Part shown: in pieces, positions 15,994 to 20,640 of the stretch | Position numbering within the stretch: position 1 is the stretch's first letter | Layout of the letters: each line of letters starts with the position of its first letter | IMG/VR virus record: IMGVR_UViG_3300031830_000001 | DNA from: an uncultured virus (IMG/VR IMGVR_UViG_3300031830_000001) | Lineage: Duplodnaviria > Heunggongvirae > Uroviricota > Caudoviricetes | Direction: 5' to 3' (one strand) | DNA: 20,640 nt | Made by a program: the position numbers and the translations under genes | The notes under the pieces: model-generated | The model's input: only the letters and a program-made list of their open reading frames with translations | Database searches by the model: none | What the model was told of the DNA's origin: nothing

Positions 15994-17931
15994 TTACAGC
16001 ACCGGGCGTACGGCACAACGACAACGCACATGCGCCGGGGGACGCTCGGCGGTCAGCGGATGCGGATTGGCAGATGATTTCGCCGAGCAGATGGGACAGA
16101 CCAGCTCGTCAACCGCCGTCACCCAGTCAAACGCCTTGACGTATTCCAGGGTTGACCAGTACTCCAGGTTGGCGTTGGCATAGGCGCGGGTTGTCTCGGT
16201 GACGGCAATCATCTCGGCGCGGACGGGAGAGTAATACTGCTCTAATGCCTTGATGAGCGCATCCAGCCGTTCTCCGCTCTCTACCCAGCGCTCGAATTCC
16301 GCCAGAAAGCCGTTCATGGACGTTTTCGAGACCTGCGCCACGACCTGAGCGGTGTGTTGCTTTGCCCAGTCGATGGCGTAAGAGTTATACAAGTCCCAGT
16401 CAATCGCCACTGGCGGGGCGGGGAGAGTGTCATAAGCGAGTTTGACCAGACGCTTGTAAATCTCTATCATGACCGGCAAGAGCATGGCATAAAACTGCTC
16501 TTCGCTCTGCGCCCAGAAGCCTGCGGGGGTTGTCTGCTTCTCCTGGCGCAGGGCTTCGATAAGTTCGCTCTCCTGCAGGCGCTTGAATTCGTCTTCAAGA
16601 TGCCTTTCGGCAACTGCGGAAATCTTGCGCTCCGCCCAGGCGCGGTTCTCGTCCTCGTCTGGATTATAAGTCGGCTGTCCGGCTTTGACCCGTTCGGGAA
16701 GGCGGGCCCCTTTGCCGTTTGAGGACTCGATTGTGGTCTCAATCACGTTGCCCGGCAGGTAATAGACCTCGCCGGCTTCGCCGAGTTCCGGAAGACCCCA
16801 CAGACGGTTGAACTCGTTGCGCGTGATTGCGCCGTAGCGGAAGGCTTCGATGGCAATCTTGCGCCGGGAATTGACGTCTTCCGAGAGGGCATAGACATCC
16901 GAGTAATCAAAGCTGAAACGATTGTCTCCAAGCTCATCGGCAAATGCCAGGTTGAGTTCGTCCTCGATGGTCTCATAAATCGGAATCAGGTCGTTGACCC
17001 ACCAGTTGCGGTGGAAGCCGACGATATTTGCCTCCAGGGCGCGCTGCAGGCCGATGCGCACCCCAACAACCGCCGGGGGAACTTTGAGCACGGCGCAGAT
17101 GCGCGCTTCTGCACGTTCGTCCAGGATTTCAAGCCCCATCTCGTTCACACCCAGTCCGGTCTTCTGGTAAGTCGTGTCGTCGCCGAGCACCAGCGGCGCA
17201 CTCCAGGCTTTGTATCCGCCGTACTGCTCAAGGTACATCTCGCGGATTTGCTGGGCAATGGCTTTGGTGATTGACTTGGTGGTCTTGAGGATACCAGGCG
17301 GTACGCCGCCCTCGGCGAAGATGGCGCGTAGGTAGTCGGTAATCATGTTATCCATGTCGCCGGTATGCGCTAGAACCGCAACCGGCGGGTAGCCGAACTT
17401 GCTCCCAAGGGGGTCAAAATGCGAGAAAATGATGACATCGCGCGGCTCGTAGAGCATCTCAACGTACTCCCCGCCGGAGCGCACAGAGTACTTATATCCG
17501 CGGATTTGTCCCTCTCGGTCAAGCTCAATAGAGAGCCAGTCGGGGCGCAAAGGGTATAAGGCAAGCGTCAAACCCGCCTGGCTGCGATGCTTGACGAACG
17601 GGGCAAATCCGGCCAGGTCTTGGAAAATGATGATTGCCTTGAGGAAAGTGGACATGCTCATATCGCGGTTCGGGCGCTCAACCAGACGCTGGAGACGATG
17701 TCCGGCAAGGGGTCTGCCGTCCGGGTCGACCACGCGCAGATAGACCTGGGATGCCGTCTCGGCTTTCTTGGAGATGCAGGCATAGATGAGCTCATTGCGC
17801 CGCCAACCGCTTCTGACCAGCGCTTCGTAAGATGTACTTGGGGAGGTTGGGGACGTGTAACGGACGTGCTCGCTGACGACAACCGAGAACGTCTTACGCC
17901 ATAATCCGGATAGACGCTCGATGATGGACAT
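15994..17931 (-). CDS. Portal protein (HK97 family) fused to MuF / SPP1 gp7-like head morphogenesis domain
   Basis: Portal motifs IYACISKKA, LYPLRPDW, GGVPPGIL, ICAVLKVPP and GAITRNE. MuF motifs RAEMIAVTETTRAY, WVTAVDELVCPIC and PPAHVRCRC. One uninterrupted ORF; start set at ATG 17931 after GGAG (645 aa). Confidence 0.92.
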   Translation of the reverse strand: MSIIERLSGLWRKTFSVVVSEHVRYTSPTSPSTSYEALVRSGWRRNELIYACISKKAETASQVYLRVVDPDGRPLAGHRLQRLVERPNRDMSMSTFLKAIIIFQDLAGFAPFVKHRSQAGLTLALYPLRPDWLSIELDREGQIRGYKYSVRSGGEYVEMLYEPRDVIIFSHFDPLGSKFGYPPVAVLAHTGDMDNMITDYLRAIFAEGGVPPGILKTTKSITKAIAQQIREMYLEQYGGYKAWSAPLVLGDDTTYQKTGLGVNEMGLEILDERAEARICAVLKVPPAVVGVRIGLQRALEANIVGFHRNWWVNDLIPIYETIEDELNLAFADELGDNRFSFDYSDVYALSEDVNSRRKIAIEAFRYGAITRNEFNRLWGLPELGEAGEVYYLPGNVIETTIESSNGKGARLPERVKAGQPTYNPDEDENRAWAERKISAVAERHLEDEFKRLQESELIEALRQEKQTTPAGFWAQSEEQFYAMLLPVMIEIYKRLVKLAYDTLPAPPVAIDWDLYNSYAIDWAKQHTAQVVAQVSKTSMNGFLAEFERWVESGERLDALIKALEQYYSPVRAEMIAVTETTRAYANANLEYWSTLEYVKAFDWVTAVDELVCPICSAKSSANPHPLTAERPPAHVRCRCAVRPVL

Positions 17932-17976
17932 CTTGTCTCCACTATAGCATAACTTTTGATGGTCTGTCAATAGCCT

Positions 17977-19239
17977 TCAATAGATGGACGGGAAGATACC
18001 CTCGCGCATGAGATACGTTATCGCCCAGACGAGGGCATCCAGGCGGTTCGGTGAGGCATCGCCGGGCGTCCAGAGGCAGAGTTCGTCTTCGAGACGGGGG
18101 AAACTGCCGACATGGTGAACCTTGCCTTGCTGGTACAGAACCGAGACGGGCTCGGCGCGTACGGCTTTACTGCGCCTCGCCATGACCATCTGCACGGGAG
18201 CTTGTGGGTCGATGTCGCGGATGACCTGTAAGACCATCTCCCCGCCTTGATTACCTTCGGCAACGATTTTATCGGCATCATGCAGACGGTAGGCTTTGAT
18301 AACTTCAGATGCCCACTCCAGGGGCATGCCCTGAAGCGAGTAATCCCCAAGCACATAGTACTCATCGGCGAGCACTCCGACTGCAACGATGCCGGTTTCA
18401 TCCCCGGCCGAGGTTGCGGCCGGGTCAACGCCGATTGCCACGGCGTCAAACGCTTCCGGGAGACGCAGGACGCGATGTCGTTCGATGTCCTCTCTGCGCC
18501 AGAGGGCGCCGGGGGCTTCTTCTACGTCCTCGGCGAGGATTTCCTGCCGGTAAGCCAGAGCGGTCATGTCAGAGGCAATGTCGTCCAGGGCATCGCGGGA
18601 AATGTAAGGGTTGTCAAAGCTGGTGGCGGTCACGACCTGCCAGCGCGGCGGCGACCCTTTATCCTTTGCAGTCTGGATTTCCTGCACGGCGCGGGCGAAG
18701 AGACGGGAGACAAAACGCGGGTCATGGGCTTTGCTCGCGGCACGCGTGCGCAGGCTCGGCGGGGTGTAGATGAACAAAGCATCTCCGCCGGTGTCTAAAA
18801 GCATCGGCGCGCCGACCGTGTTCCAGGTGCTCTCGTTCATGAGCTGGAACTCGTCCAGGATGAGCAGGTCGGCGTAGTCGCCGCGCAGCATATCGGCGTT
18901 CCAGGCCGTCTTGGCACGGATGGAAGCATTGGAGTCGCCGGGAAACTGGATGACCTTACGGCTGATATTGCGCAGGAAGATGCCCGCGGCGATGGGTTCG
19001 GCGAGGAAGCGGTTGACCAGCGTCCAGAACCACTCCAACTGGTCGGTGGTCGGCGCGGCGTAAAGGACGCGCTTGCCATCCAGGAAGCGCTCGACGGCGA
19101 TGTCGGCCGCAAGCCAGGTCTTGCCGAAACGCCGTCCGGCGCGCAGGATGTTGCGCTTGGTGAAATCCTTGAGGAACCGCGCCTGGAGGGGGTGGAGTTT
19201 GGGAAGCTTGACCTCAAGCGTTATCGATGTTTCCGGCAT
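17977..19239 (-). CDS. terL: Terminase large subunit
   Basis: Walker A AGRRFGKT, Walker B LILDE, motif SFDNPY, and nuclease motifs IGVDPA and DALVWA. Confidence 0.96.
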   Translation of the reverse strand: MPETSITLEVKLPKLHPLQARFLKDFTKRNILRAGRRFGKTWLAADIAVERFLDGKRVLYAAPTTDQLEWFWTLVNRFLAEPIAAGIFLRNISRKVIQFPGDSNASIRAKTAWNADMLRGDYADLLILDEFQLMNESTWNTVGAPMLLDTGGDALFIYTPPSLRTRAASKAHDPRFVSRLFARAVQEIQTAKDKGSPPRWQVVTATSFDNPYISRDALDDIASDMTALAYRQEILAEDVEEAPGALWRREDIERHRVLRLPEAFDAVAIGVDPAATSAGDETGIVAVGVLADEYYVLGDYSLQGMPLEWASEVIKAYRLHDADKIVAEGNQGGEMVLQVIRDIDPQAPVQMVMARRSKAVRAEPVSVLYQQGKVHHVGSFPRLEDELCLWTPGDASPNRLDALVWAITYLMREGIFPSIY

Positions 19240-19582
19240 CGGCTTGAGTTATGCCATCCTCGCGCACAACGCGGATGGTGATGGCGCCGCCGGCGGTCAG
19301 GTCCAAGTTGTCGCCGTAGACGTTGCGTCTGCGATGGGCTAACCACCAGCGCGCCACGGTCTCATCGCCGGCGCGGATTTTCGCGACCAGGACGCTCTCG
19401 GCCAGGTCGTTGATTATCTCCTCTTCGTTGCGCAGCATCTCGGAAAGCTCCGGGTCGTTGTGGATAAACTTGTACAGTCCATACCAGGAATAACCCGTTG
19501 CCCTGGCTATAGCCGAGATGACGCCACCGCTGCCGGGGATGGCATTTTTGACCTTTGTTCTGGATATCCGCTTGCGGGGCAT
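19214..19582 (-). CDS. Putative terminase small subunit
   Basis: HTH-like N-terminus (ISAIARATGYSWYGLYKFI), then helical DLAESVL...GDETVARWWL. Overlaps the terL start. Start set at ATG 19582 after AGGAGG. Confidence 0.75.
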   Translation of the reverse strand: MPRKRISRTKVKNAIPGSGGVISAIARATGYSWYGLYKFIHNDPELSEMLRNEEEIINDLAESVLVAKIRAGDETVARWWLAHRRRNVYGDNLDLTAGGAITIRVVREDGITQADAGNIDNA

Positions 19583-19604
19583 ATCCACCTCCTGTTACGT
19601 TCTA

Positions 19605-20640
19605 TCAACTATTCTTTCTTATGCGCTTTTCAACCATGTCTCCCAACATCTCCCGCGCCTGCTCCCGCGGGTACGGCTTGCCAACGTAACGAAAAGTCGC
19701 CGTCATGCGCTGGTTTCTCAGAGATTCTATGAGCCAACTTCTCCTCTTTGCGCTGGCACTAATACGCCTGTCGACTGTGCCCGGCTTTCTGGTCATCATC
19801 CAGTTTGGCGACTTCAAACGACTGCGTATCATCGCCGGATGAGCAGTCGTTGAAACATAGCGATAACCGAGACCGGCGAAAACAGATGCAACAAAATCAC
19901 TCAGGGCGTTCCCGATTCCGACGCCCTGGAAGTCCGGCAAACAGACGGTACGATGCTCGCGATATATAAACTCCATGCTATGTGGGTGAGGAATCGCGGC
20001 GGTGAAAGCAACCGGAACATCATTCCAGAAAGCTGCAAAGCAGATAGAGCCTGCTTTCAGGCTTGTGTTTAGATAATGATGACGGCGGAAGATTTCCCAA
20101 GCCGAACGATGGACTCGCCATATCTCAAGCCGGATTTCCGGTCGCCGAAGATACCTCCCACTATGGAACTCATTCGTTGCCGGATAGTAAATCCAGTCCG
20201 GTTCGAGCCACTCCAGGATGTCATAATGGCAGGAGATAGCAATAAAACGCTTATTGAGCTTACGAACGGTTTTGGAAATGGCAGCGCTTCCGATACGGGC
20301 AACGTTGCGGTCAACAACGCTGGTGAATTCATCGACAACCGCGAGTTCTCTACTTTCCGCAAGTACTCTTGCGATATAGACGCGGAACTTCTCGCCGTTG
20401 GAGAGAACACGATAAAGACGCAGCCACGACGGAGGGGAAGAAAAGCCAACCGAGGAAAGCAGTTCGCAGATTTGGCCGATACCCATCTCTTTCGGGAAGG
20501 AATCCAGAATGCTTTTGTCCTCATCCCAATCAAAGCCATCGACAATATACTCGCCAAAGAGCTCGCGCGCAATCGTAGTCTTGCCGCTTCCAGAAGGGCC
20601 AACGATGACTCCGATGTTCCAAGTTTCGGGGAGTGGAAGG
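19605..20640 (-). CDS. ABC-type ATPase fused to GNAT (Mom-like) acyltransferase, partial (5' end outside window)
   Basis: The frame stays open upstream of the track ATG to the window edge: ...WNIGVIVGPSGSGKTT (Walker A, about 20577-20600). Then LSNGEKFR (ABC signature), VVDEFTS (Walker B), SCH (H-loop), FRRHHYL and the acetyl-CoA motif RTVCLPDFQGVGIG. Confidence 0.85.
   Translation of the reverse strand, partial: LPLPETWNIGVIVGPSGSGKTTIARELFGEYIVDGFDWDEDKSILDSFPKEMGIGQICELLSSVGFSSPPSWLRLYRVLSNGEKFRVYIARVLAESRELAVVDEFTSVVDRNVARIGSAAISKTVRKLNKRFIAISCHYDILEWLEPDWIYYPATNEFHSGRYLRRPEIRLEIWRVHRSAWEIFRRHHYLNTSLKAGSICFAAFWNDVPVAFTAAIPHPHSMEFIYREHRTVCLPDFQGVGIGNALSDFVASVFAGLGYRYVSTTAHPAMIRSRLKSPNWMMTRKPGTVDRRISASAKRRSWLIESLRNQRMTATFRYVGKPYPREQAREMLGDMVEKRIRKNS

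Larger units (their letters stand above)
1..20640 (-). mobile_element. Siphovirus-type phage/prophage packaging-morphogenesis-lysis region
   Basis: Contiguous, co-oriented, translationally coupled terminase-head-tail-lysis genes with no sheath gene. No att site or integrase in the window, so free phage and prophage cannot be distinguished. Confidence 0.95.

Noticed and set aside
1..20640. Host assignment (gene style is reminiscent of Chloroflexota-associated phages)
   Set aside because: Impression only. It needs homology searches or CRISPR spacer matches, and no host genes are in the window.

Overview
The window is the late operon of a tailed dsDNA phage or prophage (HK97-fold siphovirus), encoded entirely on the minus strand. 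Read right to left it contains: a partial ABC-ATPase/GNAT fusion, small and large terminase, portal fused to a MuF domain, an HK97 gp10-like protein, prohead protease with an extra C-terminal domain, major capsid protein, a probable decoration protein, head-tail adaptor, tail terminator, a small hypothetical, tail tube, tail assembly chaperone with a -1 frameshift site, tape measure, Dit-like and hub/Tal-like tail-tip proteins, two in-frame receptor-binding/fibre genes, a fibre chaperone, a holin and an endolysin. The endolysin is missing from the ORF track because it runs off the left edge (1635 to <1, at least 545 codons). My manual translation shows a chymotrypsin-like serine protease with an intact His/Asp/Ser triad fused to a GH25 muramidase and the start of an SH3b-like domain; this is the most unusual element. 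Other notable signals are no GATC found in 20.6 kb (manual scan), a Mom-like DNA-modification candidate beside the terminase, and an AT-rich left end grafted onto a GC-rich backbone. I found no tRNA, CRISPR array, integrase or reverse transcriptase. All family assignments are by motif recognition and synteny, not database search.
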